Assembly (NCBI RefSeq): GCF_000014785.1
Contig: NC_008340.1
Span: 900,001 to 932,000 of the forward strand
Source of the DNA: Alkalilimnicola ehrlichii MLHE-1
GTDB taxonomy: Bacteria; Pseudomonadota; Gammaproteobacteria; Nitrococcales; Halorhodospiraceae
DNA: 32,000 nucleotides
Direction of reading: 5' to 3'
Below are positions 1 through 11,006 of the stretch, piece after piece (positions within the stretch are counted from its first letter, which is position 1; each line of letters opens with the position of its first letter). The notes below the pieces were generated by a model. The model was not told the origin of the DNA. It saw nothing but the letters and a program-made list of their open reading frames with translations, and searched no databases. A program made the position numbers and the translations under genes.

Positions 1-164
1 GACGCGACAACCCCTGTCCGGCAGAAAGGCAGGGGTGGCGGGGTCCGGGCGCGGGGGCGTGGCGGATGTGGTGTCGCGACAACACGACACTACCTGTCGC
101 ATGGTGGCGTGTATCCTGCTATCTGATCCATTATTTGACGTTATTGTTGCCTTAGGAGGGTGAA

Positions 165-3100
165 TTGGCGACCCCAGCGCTGCAGCCCGGTTTCATGGTG
201 GTCCACGGCAACCGCCTGGAGGACCTCCGCGCTCTGATCGTGGAGTGGATGCAGGCCTATCCACCGGCACCGTTGGAGACCGAAACCGTCTTGGTGCAGA
301 GCAACGGCATGGCCCAGTGGCTCAGCCATGCCCTCGCGGCTCACCCGGAGTCGGAGGAGCCGGGTTGCGGGATCGCCGCCGGTCTGTCCATGCAGCTCCC
401 GGCCCGTTTCACCTGGACCGCCTACCGCGAGGTGCTGGGGCACGAGGCGGTGCCCCCGGAGTCTCCCTTCGACAAGCGGCCGCTCACCTGGCGGCTGATG
501 CGCCTGCTGCCGGAGCTCATCGATGAGCCCGGGTTCGAGCCGCTGCGGGGCTTCCTGGCCCGGGACGATGACCGGCGTAAGCGCCACCAACTGGCCGAGC
601 GCCTGGCCGACCTGCTGGACCAGTACCAGGTCTACCGGGCCGACTGGCTGGTGGACTGGGCGCAGGGGCACGATCAATGCGCCGGCCCGGGCCGGGCGCC
701 GCGCCCCCTGGATGCGCGCGAGCGATGGCAACCCCGGCTCTGGCGCGCCCTGCTGGCGGACATGGACGAGGCGGAGCGGGGGTTGAGCCGGGCCGCCATC
801 CACGCCCGCTACCGGGAGGCGGTGCGCGAACTGGACCGGCGGCCGGCGGGACTCCCGCGCCGGCTCATCGTCTTCGGCATCTCTTCATTGCCCCACCAGG
901 TGCTTGAGGCGCTGGAGGCCCTGGCCGACTTCACCCAGATCCTGGTCTGCGTTCACAACCCCTGCGAGCACTACTGGGCGGACATCGTTGCCGACAAGGA
1001 CCTGCTGCGCGCCCGTCGCCGCCGGCAGTCGCCCAAGCCGGGCATGCCCGAACGGCTGGACGATAGCGAGCTGCACAATCACGCTCAACCGCTGCTGGCG
1101 GCCTGGGGCAAGCAGGGCCGGGACTACATCCGCCTGCTGGACGAACATGATGATCCGGCGCACTATCGCCACCTGATTGAATCCCTCTCCTGGCAGCGCA
1201 TCGACCTCTTCCGACCCCACGGGGGCGACTGCCTGCTGCACCAACTGCAGGACGATATCCGCGAGCTCCGCCCGCTGGCCGAGACCCGGGCCGCCTGGCC
1301 GCCGGTGGCCGCCGATGACGCCTCGATCCAGTTCCACATCGCCCACAGCCCCCAGCGCGAGGTGGAGATCCTCCACGACCGGCTGCTGGGGCGGTTCAAT
1401 GACGCCTCACGCCCCACCCTCCGGCCGCGCGATGTCATCGTGATGGTCCCGGACATCGACCGCTACGCCCCCCACATTCAGGCGGTCTTCGGCCAGACCG
1501 AGCCGGGCGACCCGCGCCATATCCCCTATACCCTCTCCGACCAGGGCCGACGCGGTCGCGACACCGTTCTTATCGCCCTGGAGCAACTGCTGCATCTGCC
1601 GGAGAGCCGCTGCGCGGTCAGCGAGCTGCTGGACCTGCTGGACGTACCCGCCCTTCGGCGCCGCTTTGGTCTGGAGGAGGGAGACCTGCAGCGGCTCCAC
1701 CGCTGGGCCGAAGGGGCCGGAGTGCGCTGGGGCCTGGATGCCGAGCAGCGGGCGCACCTGGACCTGCCCGCCGGGCTTACGCTGCATACCTGGCGCTTTG
1801 GCCTGCGCCGGATGCTGCTCGGCTACGCCGTCGGCAGCGGCGAGGCCTGGCACGGGGTGGAGCCCTACGACGAGGTGGGCGGCCTGGACGCCGCCCTGCT
1901 GGGACCGCTGGAGCAGTTGCTCGCCACTCTGGAGGCCGCCTGGGCGCGGCTGCGTGAAGCGCATGCCCCGGCGGTCTGGGGCGAGCATCTGCGTTGGCTG
2001 CTGGCGGCCTGTTTCGAGCCCGGAAACGAGGAGGAGGCCCTCACCCTGGAGCGATTGCAACAGACCCTGGAGCAATGGACGGCGGATTGCGAGGCGGCCG
2101 CCCTGGACGAGCCGCTACCGCTGAACGTGGTGCGCGAGCACTGGCTGGCCGGCATGGACGAGGGCGGGTTGAGCCAGCGCTTCCTCGCCGGAGCCGTCAA
2201 CTTCTGCACCCTGATGCCCATGCGCGCCATTCCCTTCCGCCTGATCTGCCTGCTGGGAATGAACGACGGTGACTACCCGCGCAGCCCCACACCGCTGGAC
2301 TTTGACCTGATGGCGGACGACTACCGCCCGGGCGACCGTTCCCGGCGGGAGGATGACCGCTATCTGTTCCTGGAGGCCCTGCTCTCGGCCCGCGAGCAGC
2401 TCTATATCAGTTGGGTGGGGCGCAGTGTGCGCGATAACGAACCCCAACCGCCCTCCGTGCTGGTGGGCCAGCTACGTGATCACCTGGCCGCCGGTTGGCG
2501 GTTGGCAGGGCCGGTGGATGAGCCGTCGACGCCGGAGACGGCGGCGCTGCTCGAGCACCTGACCCTGGCGCACCCCCTGCAGCCCTTCAGCCCCGTCCAC
2601 TTTCCGGTGGCCGGCGGGCCGGGTGCAAGGCACTTCACCTATGCCCGGGAGTGGCGGGCGGTGCAGGCCGCGGCGGCCGGCGCCGAGGAGGGCGAGGTGC
2701 GGCCCGGCATCGACCGGCCGGACAACGAGCCGCTGCCGCCCCCGGATCCGGACCAGGCCGGGGTGTTGGCCCCGGGGACCCTGGCCCGGTTTCTCCAGCG
2801 GCCGGTGCGGGCCTTCTTTGAACGCCGGCTGTCGGTCCACTTCGACGAGGACGAGGCGGCCAGCGAGGACCTGGAACCCTTCACCGTGGACGGCCTGACC
2901 CGCTGGCAGCTGCGCGAGCGGCTGGTCCAGGCTGGACTCACCCGGGCCGAGGGACCGGAGCAGTGGCCCGTGCTGATGGCCTCGGAGACCGCCCGGCTGC
3001 AGCGCAGCGGGGTGTTGCCGGTGGGGGCCGCCGGCACCCTGGAGGGTGAGCGGTTGGTCGGCGAGGCCACCGGGCTGCTGACTCGCTACCATGAACGCCT

Positions 3101-3719
3101 CCAGGCCTGCCCCGAGACCCTTCCTCCCGCCGTCCTGGCCCCGCTGAGCCACGCCACCTGGACCCTGGAGGCCCAGGTGGAGGGCCTGCGAAGCGACGGC
3201 CGGTCACGCCGGCAGTTGGGCTATACCGTCAGCCGTCTCAAAGACAGCAAGGGCAAGGCGTGGTACCCCAGCAAGCTGCTGCCGGCCTGGGTTGATCACC
3301 TGATCGCGAACGCCGCCGCGGGCGGCGTGACCACCGAGTGGATTGGGCTCGACGCCTCGTTGACCCTGCCGCCCATCGACCGGGCGGGGGCCATCGACCA
3401 CCTGCAGCGGATCCTGGCCGCCTGGGACGAGGGCCAGCGCCGACCGCTGCCTTTGGCCTGCCAGACCGCCTTCGCCTGGTTGCAGGCCGTGGCCGAGGAC
3501 AAATCGGACCCGCTGGAGATCGCCAGCTCCGCCTACGCGGGTGACGACCACCAGCCCGGTGAGGTGGGCTACGATCCCTACCTGCGCCGCGCCTACCCGC
3601 ATGCCGAGTGGCTGCTGGCCGACCCGGCCTTCGCCCACTGGGCCGAGCGGCTCTACGGCCCGCTGTGGCAAGCGGTCAAGGCACAGGATGAGGCCGAAAA
3701 GGCAGGAGGCCGCGTATGA
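165..3719 (+). CDS. recC: Exodeoxyribonuclease V gamma subunit RecC; TTG start preceded by aggaggg (154-160)
   Basis: 1184-aa ORF beginning MATPALQPGFMVVHGNRLEDLRALIVEWM, with VLVQSNGMAQWLSHALA typical of RecC; directly followed by overlapping recB and recD. Confidence 0.96.
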   Translation: MATPALQPGFMVVHGNRLEDLRALIVEWMQAYPPAPLETETVLVQSNGMAQWLSHALAAHPESEEPGCGIAAGLSMQLPARFTWTAYREVLGHEAVPPESPFDKRPLTWRLMRLLPELIDEPGFEPLRGFLARDDDRRKRHQLAERLADLLDQYQVYRADWLVDWAQGHDQCAGPGRAPRPLDARERWQPRLWRALLADMDEAERGLSRAAIHARYREAVRELDRRPAGLPRRLIVFGISSLPHQVLEALEALADFTQILVCVHNPCEHYWADIVADKDLLRARRRRQSPKPGMPERLDDSELHNHAQPLLAAWGKQGRDYIRLLDEHDDPAHYRHLIESLSWQRIDLFRPHGGDCLLHQLQDDIRELRPLAETRAAWPPVAADDASIQFHIAHSPQREVEILHDRLLGRFNDASRPTLRPRDVIVMVPDIDRYAPHIQAVFGQTEPGDPRHIPYTLSDQGRRGRDTVLIALEQLLHLPESRCAVSELLDLLDVPALRRRFGLEEGDLQRLHRWAEGAGVRWGLDAEQRAHLDLPAGLTLHTWRFGLRRMLLGYAVGSGEAWHGVEPYDEVGGLDAALLGPLEQLLATLEAAWARLREAHAPAVWGEHLRWLLAACFEPGNEEEALTLERLQQTLEQWTADCEAAALDEPLPLNVVREHWLAGMDEGGLSQRFLAGAVNFCTLMPMRAIPFRLICLLGMNDGDYPRSPTPLDFDLMADDYRPGDRSRREDDRYLFLEALLSAREQLYISWVGRSVRDNEPQPPSVLVGQLRDHLAAGWRLAGPVDEPSTPETAALLEHLTLAHPLQPFSPVHFPVAGGPGARHFTYAREWRAVQAAAAGAEEGEVRPGIDRPDNEPLPPPDPDQAGVLAPGTLARFLQRPVRAFFERRLSVHFDEDEAASEDLEPFTVDGLTRWQLRERLVQAGLTRAEGPEQWPVLMASETARLQRSGVLPVGAAGTLEGERLVGEATGLLTRYHERLQACPETLPPAVLAPLSHATWTLEAQVEGLRSDGRSRRQLGYTVSRLKDSKGKAWYPSKLLPAWVDHLIANAAAGGVTTEWIGLDASLTLPPIDRAGAIDHLQRILAAWDEGQRRPLPLACQTAFAWLQAVAEDKSDPLEIASSAYAGDDHQPGEVGYDPYLRRAYPHAEWLLADPAFAHWAERLYGPLWQAVKAQDEAEKAGGRV

Positions 3720-6700
3720 GCCAGAGTGCGCCCCGACCGCTGGAGTTGCTGCGCCTGCCGCTGCACGGCAGCCGCCTGATCGAGGCCAGCGCCGGCACCG
3801 GTAAGACCTTCACCATCGCCGCCCTCTACCTGCGCCTGGTCCTTGGGCACGGCGAGCAGCGCGCGGGCGGCGGGCCGCTGGTGCCACCGCAGATCCTGGT
3901 GGTCACCTTTACCGAGGCGGCCACCCGGGAGTTGCGCGACCGCATCCGCGAACGGCTCAGCCAGGCTGCAGCGGCCTTCCGCGATCCGGCCCGGTACCCG
4001 GACGATCCGGTGCTGCCGGCACTGCGCGCTGAATATGACGAGCACGAGCGGCCCGCCATGGCGCGCCGACTGGAGTTGGCCGCTGAGTGGATGGACGAGT
4101 CGGCGGTCTCCACCATCCACAGCTGGTGCTACCGCATGCTGCGCGAGCACGCCTTCGACAGCGGTAGCCTCTTCACCCAGGACCTGGAGGCAGATCAGAC
4201 CGCGCTCCTGGCCGAGGCCGTGCGCGATTACTGGCGCAGCTTCCTCTATCCATTGGCGCCGGAGGCCCTGGTCCTGGCGCGCCGTGCGCTGGGTGACGAC
4301 CCCGAGGCCCAGCGGCAGAAGGTCCGGCCGCTGATCGGCCAGGCGGCCCCGGTGGCGCCCGGACTGGACTCGCCGGAGGGCTTTGCCGGGGTGCTCGACG
4401 ACCGGTTGCAGGCCCTGGAGCGCCTCAAACGGCCCTGGCGCGAGCAGTTCGAGGCCCTGGAGGCGCAGTTCCATGCCCTGCGCAAGGCGGTGCTCAACGG
4501 CCGGAAGTACCAAAAGCCCGAGGCCCTGATGGCCGCCATGCGGGCCTGGGCGGAGGACCCCGCGGCCCTGCAGCCGGAGCCGGTGGGCAGCACCAGTGTG
4601 CTGGGGCGGCTCTGCGCCCGGGGGCTCGCCGCCGGTTGCCGGAAGGGACAGACGCTGCCGGAGGACCTGCACCCCGGCTTCACGGCGTTGGATGACTACG
4701 AGCACCTCTGCCAACTGCCGGAGGCGGACCTGCTCAATGCCGCGGCCAACTGGATCGGTCAACGCTTCCACCAGGCCCAGCGGCGACGGGCGCAGATGGG
4801 CTTCGATGACCTGCTCACCCGGCTGGACCAGGCGCTGACCCAGGGCGAGGCGGGTGAGCGTCTGGCCGCCACCCTGCGCCGGCAGTTCCCGGTGGCCCTG
4901 ATCGATGAGTTCCAGGACACCGACCCGGTGCAGTACCGCATCTTCCAGCGGGTCTACCGGGTGGCGGACAACCCCCGGGAACAGGCCCTGCTGCTCATCG
5001 GCGACCCCAAACAGGCCATCTACAGCTTCCGCGGCGCCGACATCCACAGTTACCTGCAGGCGCGGCGGGCCACTGCTGGCCGCCACTACACCCTGCCGCG
5101 CAACTTCCGCTCCACCGGGGCCATGGTGCGCGGGGTCAACCGGCTGTTCCAGCATGCCGAGCAGGCCTGGCCCGAGGGCGCCTTCCTGTTCCGGGTGGCG
5201 GAGGAAAACCCCGTGCCCTTCCTGCCGGTGGCGGCCCAGGGCCGCGCGGAGGCGCTGGAGGTGCACGGCGCCGCCCAGCCGGCCCTCACTCTCTGGTGGG
5301 AGGACGAGGGCGAGCCGGTGGCCGGGAAGCACTACCTGCCGCGCCAGGCGGCGGCCTGTGCCAGCCACATCGTGGCGTTGCTGAACGCCGGTGCTGCGCG
5401 CCAGGCCGGGTTCCGCGACCCGGATGGAGGGTTGGTGTCGCTGCGGCCCCGGGACATGGCGGTGCTGGTGCGCGACTACAACGAGGCGCGCGCCATCCAG
5501 CAGGCCCTGGCCCGGCGCCGGGTGCGCAGCGTTTACCTGTCCGACCGGGAGTCCGTCTACCGCACCGATGCGGCCGGGGACCTGCTGCGCTGGCTGCGCG
5601 CCTGCGCCGAGCCCACCGTGGAGCGGCTGTTACGGGCCGCCCTGGCCACGCCCACCCTGGGCCTGCCGGTGGCCGAGCTGCACCGCCTGACCGCCGACGA
5701 GCTGCTTTGGGAGCGCCGGGTCGAGCAGTTCCGCGGATACCGCCGGCTCTGGCAGGGGCAGGGGGTCCTGCCCATGCTGCGCCGGCTGCTGCACGATTTC
5801 GCGGTGCCGGCGCGGCTGGTGGCGCGAGCGGACGGCGAACGGGTGCTGACCAACCTGCTGCATCTCAGCGAGCTGCTGCAGCAGGCGGCCGCCGAACTGG
5901 ACGGCGAGCAGGCCCTGATCCGCCACTTGGTGGAGCATCGCAGCGGCAACGGCGAGGGAGGGGATGAGCAGATCCTGCGCCTGGAGAGCGACGAGGACCT
6001 GGTCAAGGTGGTCACTGTGCACAAAGCCAAGGGCCTGGAGTACCCGCTGGTCTTCCTCCCGTTCATCTGCACCTTCAAACCGGTGGACGGGAAGCGCCTT
6101 CCCTACCTCGACCGCACCACCGGCGGTGCCCCGCGCTGGTTGTTCGAGATGGACGAGGAGACCCGCGCGCGCGCCGACCGCGCCCGCCTGGCCGAGGACC
6201 TGCGCCTGCTCTACGTGGCCATGACCCGGGCCCGCCACGCCTGCTGGCTGGGCCTGGCCCCCGTCAAGCGGGGCACCCGCAAGTCCAACCAACTGCACCA
6301 GAGCGCGGTGGGCTACCTGCTGGCTGGCCCGGAGGGAGTGGTGGACGGGGGGCTGGAGGCCGCCCTGCTGCGGGCGCGCGGCGAGGAGTCGGCGATTGCG
6401 GTCACCCCGCTGCCGGCGGCCAGCGACGAGGGCTATCGCGGTCCGGAGCACCGCCCGGCCCTCGGTCCGGCCCGGGTGCCGCGGCGGCCGGCCTACGAGC
6501 ACTGGTGGATCGCCAGTTACAGCGCCCTGTCCCTGCACGCGGAACCCGCGGCCGGTGAGGCGGTGGGGGAGCCGGCCCGGGCGAGTGCATCGACGGCGCC
6601 GGAGAGCGTGGGCCAGGAGATCATCCGCGAGACGGTCGCCGAGGCCGGAGAGAGCGCCGGGCCCGACAGCGCGGCCCTCGCATTGCACCGCTTCCCGCGC

Positions 6701-7444
6701 GGCCCGGGGCCGGGGACCTTCCTCCACGGCCTGCTGGAATGGGCCGCGGACCAGGGGTTTGCCGGCCTGGCCGAACAGCCCGCCCTGTTACAGCGGGAAG
6801 TGGCCCGCCGCTGTCGCCGGCGCGGCTGGTCCGAGTGGGCCGGGCCGGTGGCCGACTGGCTGCTGCGTCTGCTGCAGGCCGACTACCCCCTGCCGGAGGG
6901 TGGGGCGCTGCGCCTCACGGCCCTGCCCAGCTATCAGCCGGAGCTGGAATTCCTGTTCCAGACCCGCTGGTTGAATGCCGCCCGCCTGGACCGGGCGGTG
7001 ACCGCCGCGACCCTGGACGCGGCGCCGCGGCCACCGGCCCGGGCGGCGCTGCTGAACGGGATGCTCAAGGGCTTTATCGACCTGGTCTGCGAGCAGGACG
7101 GGCGCTACTACGTGGCCGATTACAAGTCCAACTGGCTGGGCCAGGGGCTGGAGGACTATGCGCCGGAGGCCCTGCGGGCGGCCGTGCTCGCCCGCCGCTA
7201 CGACCTGCAACTGGTGCTCTATACCCTGGCGCTGCACCGGCTGCTACGGGCGCGACTGCCCGGCTACGACTACGAGCGCCACGTGGGCGGGGCGGTGTAC
7301 CTCTTCCTGCGCGGCCTGGATGCCCCGGGTCGGGGTCTGTTCCACTGCCGGCCACCGCGGGCGCTGATCGAACAACTGGACGACTGGCTGCAGCAGGGCC
7401 CCGACCGGCCCGATGTGCAGGCCACGGGGAGTGATGATGCCTGA
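3716..7444 (+). CDS. recB: Exodeoxyribonuclease V beta subunit RecB (UvrD-type helicase plus C-terminal nuclease)
   Basis: 1242-aa ORF; Walker A region [23 protein letters not shown]; [16 protein letters not shown]; [15 protein letters not shown]; nuclease motif [28 protein letters not shown] overlap with recC. Confidence 0.98.
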   Translation: MSQSAPRPLELLRLPLHGSRLIEASAGTGKTFTIAALYLRLVLGHGEQRAGGGPLVPPQILVVTFTEAATRELRDRIRERLSQAAAAFRDPARYPDDPVLPALRAEYDEHERPAMARRLELAAEWMDESAVSTIHSWCYRMLREHAFDSGSLFTQDLEADQTALLAEAVRDYWRSFLYPLAPEALVLARRALGDDPEAQRQKVRPLIGQAAPVAPGLDSPEGFAGVLDDRLQALERLKRPWREQFEALEAQFHALRKAVLNGRKYQKPEALMAAMRAWAEDPAALQPEPVGSTSVLGRLCARGLAAGCRKGQTLPEDLHPGFTALDDYEHLCQLPEADLLNAAANWIGQRFHQAQRRRAQMGFDDLLTRLDQALTQGEAGERLAATLRRQFPVALIDEFQDTDPVQYRIFQRVYRVADNPREQALLLIGDPKQAIYSFRGADIHSYLQARRATAGRHYTLPRNFRSTGAMVRGVNRLFQHAEQAWPEGAFLFRVAEENPVPFLPVAAQGRAEALEVHGAAQPALTLWWEDEGEPVAGKHYLPRQAAACASHIVALLNAGAARQAGFRDPDGGLVSLRPRDMAVLVRDYNEARAIQQALARRRVRSVYLSDRESVYRTDAAGDLLRWLRACAEPTVERLLRAALATPTLGLPVAELHRLTADELLWERRVEQFRGYRRLWQGQGVLPMLRRLLHDFAVPARLVARADGERVLTNLLHLSELLQQAAAELDGEQALIRHLVEHRSGNGEGGDEQILRLESDEDLVKVVTVHKAKGLEYPLVFLPFICTFKPVDGKRLPYLDRTTGGAPRWLFEMDEETRARADRARLAEDLRLLYVAMTRARHACWLGLAPVKRGTRKSNQLHQSAVGYLLAGPEGVVDGGLEAALLRARGEESAIAVTPLPAASDEGYRGPEHRPALGPARVPRRPAYEHWWIASYSALSLHAEPAAGEAVGEPARASASTAPESVGQEIIRETVAEAGESAGPDSAALALHRFPRGPGPGTFLHGLLEWAADQGFAGLAEQPALLQREVARRCRRRGWSEWAGPVADWLLRLLQADYPLPEGGALRLTALPSYQPELEFLFQTRWLNAARLDRAVTAATLDAAPRPPARAALLNGMLKGFIDLVCEQDGRYYVADYKSNWLGQGLEDYAPEALRAAVLARRYDLQLVLYTLALHRLLRARLPGYDYERHVGGAVYLFLRGLDAPGRGLFHCRPPRALIEQLDDWLQQGPDRPDVQATGSDDA

Positions 7445-9548
7445 GACAGCCACCCATCCGTCATCCGCACCGGACCCGTTGCAGAGTGCGGCCGGGACCC
7501 TGGCCCTGCTCGAGGCGTGGGTGGACGGCGGCTGGCTGCGCCCGCTGGACCGCGCCCTGGCCGTCTTCCTGCACCAGCACGTGCCCCAGGCGCCGCCGTT
7601 GCTGCTTCTCCTGGCCGCGCTCACCAGCCACCAGGTCGGCCGCGGCCACGTTTGCCTGGAACTGCCCGCGCTGCAGGCCGACCCGGACGGCACCCTTTCG
7701 CTGCCGCCGGAGGGCGGCGCGGAGGGGGCCGCGCGCCCCTCCCGCTGGCTGCAGGGGCTCGATGAGGCGGCGCTGGCCGCAGCGCTGGACTGCCCGGAGC
7801 TGGTGCAGGACGGGCCGGGCAGTAGCCCCCTGGTGCGACAGGAGCAGCGGCTCTACCTGCGCCGCTACTGGGACTGCGAGGTGCGGATCGGCCAGGCACT
7901 GCACCGGCGCATGGCCGCGGCCGCGGACTGGCAACAGGGGCTGGATGGCGAGGCCACCCGGCGCTGGCTGGAGCGACTGTTTCCGGCTGGGGGCGGGGCG
8001 GCCACCGACTGGCAGCGGCTGGCCTGCGCCTTGGCCGCCGGGCGGGGCTTCACCGTGATCACCGGCGGCCCCGGGACCGGCAAGACCACCACCGTGCTGC
8101 GGCTGCTGGTGCTGCTCCAGGCCTTGCAGCAGGCGGCTGCCGATGCGCCGTTGCGCATCCGCATGGCCGCCCCCACCGGCAAGGCCGCCGCCCGGCTGAA
8201 CGCCTCGGTGGCCGGGGCGCTCGCGCGCCTGCCGCTCGACGGCGTGGCGGATGCCGAGGCCCTGCGAGCGGCGATTCCCACCGAGGTGGTCACCGTGCAC
8301 CGGCTCCTGGGGGCGCGGCCCGACAGCCGCCATTTCCGCCACCGCGCCGGCGAGCCGCTGCCGCTGGACGTGCTAGTGGTGGACGAGGCGTCCATGATCG
8401 ACCTGGAGCTCATGGCCAGTCTGCTGGACGCCCTTCCGCCGGAGGCCCGCTTGATCCTGCTCGGGGACAAGGACCAGCTCGCCTCCGTGGAGGCCGGCGC
8501 CGTGATGGGCGAACTCTGCCATCGGGCCGACGGGGGGCATTACACCCCGGCCACCACCGCCTGGCTCTCCGAGGTCAGCGGTGAGAGCGTCCCGGCGGAC
8601 TACCGGGATCCCGCGGGGCGGCCGCTGGACCAGCACATCGTCATGCTGCGCCACAGCCACCGTTTCGGCGCCGACAGCGGCATCGGCGCGCTGGCGCGGG
8701 CCGTCAACGGCGGTGACGCGGCGGCGGTGGAGGCGCTCTGGGCCGCTGGCGCTTCCCATCCGGACATCGCACGCCTCCACCTCGCGGGGCCGGAGGATCC
8801 GGCCCTGGAGGCGCTTGCCGTGGCCGGCGGGGCAGACCACTTCGCCGCCGGCGCTTCAGGCGAGGGGCCGCGGGGCTATCGCTACTACCTCGAGGCCATG
8901 CACGACGGGCGCCCGCGCGATGATGCCCCGCGCAGCGCCTGGGACGACTGGGCCCGGTCCGTGCTGCAGGCCCAGGGCGCGTTCCAGTTGCTGGGCGCCG
9001 TCCGCCGCGGGCCCTGGGGGGTGGAGGCCCTGAACCAGCGGATCGCCGCCGCCCTGCGGGATGCCGGCCTGGTCCGCGCCACCTCGGCCTGGTATGCGGG
9101 GCGTCCGGTGATTGTCACCCGCAACGATTACGACCTGGGCCTGATCAACGGCGATATGGGGGTGGCCCTGGCGGTACCGGAGGGGCTGGCCGGGGGCGCA
9201 CCAAGTGATGACGCCGGGCGGCGGGACGGTGCGCGGACGGTGCTGCGGGTGGCCTTTCTGGCCAGCGACGGCAGCGGGCGGATCCGCTGGGTGCTGCCCA
9301 GCCGGCTGGAGCAGGTGGAGACCGCCTACGCCCTCACCGTGCACAAGGCCCAGGGTTCGGAGTTTCGGCACGCCGCGCTGGTGCTGCCGGACCGGGTGGC
9401 GCCGGTGCTCACCCGCGAGCTGTTGTACACCGGTATCACCCGTGCCAGCGACTGGTTCAGCCTGTTGGAGCCGCCGGGCGGGGTGCTGGTGCGCGCCATC
9501 CGCCAGCGCACCCTGCGCAGCGGCGGGCTGCGCACGCGGCTGGTGTGA
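7437..9548 (+). CDS. recD: Exodeoxyribonuclease V alpha subunit RecD (ORF is open from 7413; start at 7434 or 7437 more likely)
   Basis: [21 protein letters not shown] Walker [14 protein letters not shown] Walker B, C-terminal [10 protein letters not shown]; follows recB. Confidence 0.96.
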   Translation: MPETATHPSSAPDPLQSAAGTLALLEAWVDGGWLRPLDRALAVFLHQHVPQAPPLLLLLAALTSHQVGRGHVCLELPALQADPDGTLSLPPEGGAEGAARPSRWLQGLDEAALAAALDCPELVQDGPGSSPLVRQEQRLYLRRYWDCEVRIGQALHRRMAAAADWQQGLDGEATRRWLERLFPAGGGAATDWQRLACALAAGRGFTVITGGPGTGKTTTVLRLLVLLQALQQAAADAPLRIRMAAPTGKAAARLNASVAGALARLPLDGVADAEALRAAIPTEVVTVHRLLGARPDSRHFRHRAGEPLPLDVLVVDEASMIDLELMASLLDALPPEARLILLGDKDQLASVEAGAVMGELCHRADGGHYTPATTAWLSEVSGESVPADYRDPAGRPLDQHIVMLRHSHRFGADSGIGALARAVNGGDAAAVEALWAAGASHPDIARLHLAGPEDPALEALAVAGGADHFAAGASGEGPRGYRYYLEAMHDGRPRDDAPRSAWDDWARSVLQAQGAFQLLGAVRRGPWGVEALNQRIAAALRDAGLVRATSAWYAGRPVIVTRNDYDLGLINGDMGVALAVPEGLAGGAPSDDAGRRDGARTVLRVAFLASDGSGRIRWVLPSRLEQVETAYALTVHKAQGSEFRHAALVLPDRVAPVLTRELLYTGITRASDWFSLLEPPGGVLVRAIRQRTLRSGGLRTRLV

Positions 9549-9608
9549 CCGGCGCGCGGCGGCGGCCGCCCGGAGCGGGGCGGTGCTACCGTGGCTCCGA
9601 CACCCTGA

Positions 9609-9614
9609 TACAAT
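9609..9614 (+). promoter_or_regulatory. Possible -10 element (TACAAT) for hemL
   Basis: TACAAT in an otherwise GC-rich 113-nt intergenic region, about 48 nt upstream of the hemL start; no convincing -35 at the expected distance. Confidence 0.3.
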
Positions 9615-9661
9615 CGGTCGAAACCGCGCATTCACTCACGGAAACACCTGAGGAGACCCCC

Positions 9662-10951
9662 ATGCAGCGCTCCCACGAGCTCTTCGAACGCGCCCGCCAG
9701 CACATCGTCGGTGGGGTCAACTCGCCGGTGCGCGCCTTCACCGGCGTCGGCGGCGAGCCGCCCTTCATCGCCCGGGCGGAAGGCCCCTACCTCTACGACG
9801 AGGACGGCAACCGCTACGTGGACTACGTCTGCTCCTGGGGCCCGATGGTGGCCGGTCACGCCCATCCCAAGGTGGTCCGCGCCGTGCAGGCCGCGGCCGC
9901 GGACGGCCTGTCCTTCGGCGCCCCCACTGAGGTGGAGATCCGCATGGCCGAGAAGCTGAAGGCCATGCTGCCGAGCCTGGAGCGGGTGCGCATGGTCAAC
10001 TCCGGTACCGAAGCCACCATGAGCGCGCTGCGCCTGGCGCGCGGCCACACCGGTCGGGAGAAGATCATCAAGTTCCGGGGCTGCTACCACGGCCACGTGG
10101 ATGCCCTGCTGGTGCAGGCCGGCTCCGGGGCACTCACCCTGGGTATACCCGGCTCCCCCGGGGTGCCGGCCGCGGTGGTGGAGCAGACAATCACCCTGCC
10201 GTACAACGACGCCGAGGCCGTGCGCGAGTGCTTCCAGCGGATGGGGGACGAGATCGCCGCGGTCATTGTCGAGCCGGTGGCCGGTAACATGAACTGCGTG
10301 CCCCCGGTGCCCGGCTTCCTGGAGGCCCTGCGCGAGTGCTGCGACGACCACGGCAGCGTGCTGATCTTCGACGAGGTGATGACCGGCTTCCGGGTTGGCG
10401 TACAGTGCGCCCAGGGCCGCTACGGCATCACCCCGGACCTCACCTGCCTGGGCAAGGTCATCGGCGGTGGCATGCCGGTGGGGGCCTTCGGCGGCAAGGC
10501 GCAGATCATGGCCGACCTGGCTCCGGAAGGCCCGGTCTACCAGGCCGGCACCCTGTCCGGTAATCCGGTGGCGATGGCCGCAGGGCTGGCGACCCTCGCC
10601 CTGGTCGACGACCCGGCAACCCACCGCGCCCTCGAGGAGGCCACCGCCACCCTGGTGGATGGGTTGCGTGAGCGGGCCGAGGCCGCCGGCGTGAGCGTCT
10701 CGCTGAACCAGGCCGGGAGCATGTTCGGGCTGTTCTTCACCGATCAGAATCCGGTCACCACCTTCGAGCAGGTGCAGGCCTGTGACTTGGAGGCCTTCAA
10801 GGTCTTCTTCCACGCCATGTTGGAGGAGGGGGTCTATATGGCGCCGTCCGCCTTCGAGGCCGGCTTCCTCTCCACCGCCCACGACACCCCCGCCATCGAG
10901 TACACCCTGGCCGCCGCCGAACGGGCCTTCGCCCGCGTGGCGCGCCGCTAG
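9662..10951 (+). CDS. hemL: Glutamate-1-semialdehyde 2,1-aminomutase
   Basis: [36 protein letters not shown]...; [18 protein letters not shown]; [12 protein letters not shown]; [21 protein letters not shown]-like gagga upstream of ATG at 9662. Confidence 0.98.
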   Translation: MQRSHELFERARQHIVGGVNSPVRAFTGVGGEPPFIARAEGPYLYDEDGNRYVDYVCSWGPMVAGHAHPKVVRAVQAAAADGLSFGAPTEVEIRMAEKLKAMLPSLERVRMVNSGTEATMSALRLARGHTGREKIIKFRGCYHGHVDALLVQAGSGALTLGIPGSPGVPAAVVEQTITLPYNDAEAVRECFQRMGDEIAAVIVEPVAGNMNCVPPVPGFLEALRECCDDHGSVLIFDEVMTGFRVGVQCAQGRYGITPDLTCLGKVIGGGMPVGAFGGKAQIMADLAPEGPVYQAGTLSGNPVAMAAGLATLALVDDPATHRALEEATATLVDGLRERAEAAGVSVSLNQAGSMFGLFFTDQNPVTTFEQVQACDLEAFKVFFHAMLEEGVYMAPSAFEAGFLSTAHDTPAIEYTLAAAERAFARVARR

Positions 10952-11006
10952 AGCGGACCCCGGGAACGGGCGTAGGGCCCCTTCCCGGCCGGTCTGAACC
11001 GGGTCC

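Noticed and set aside
3653-5368. 571-aa minus-strand ORF antisense to recB
   Set aside because: Shadow ORF over a conserved recB.
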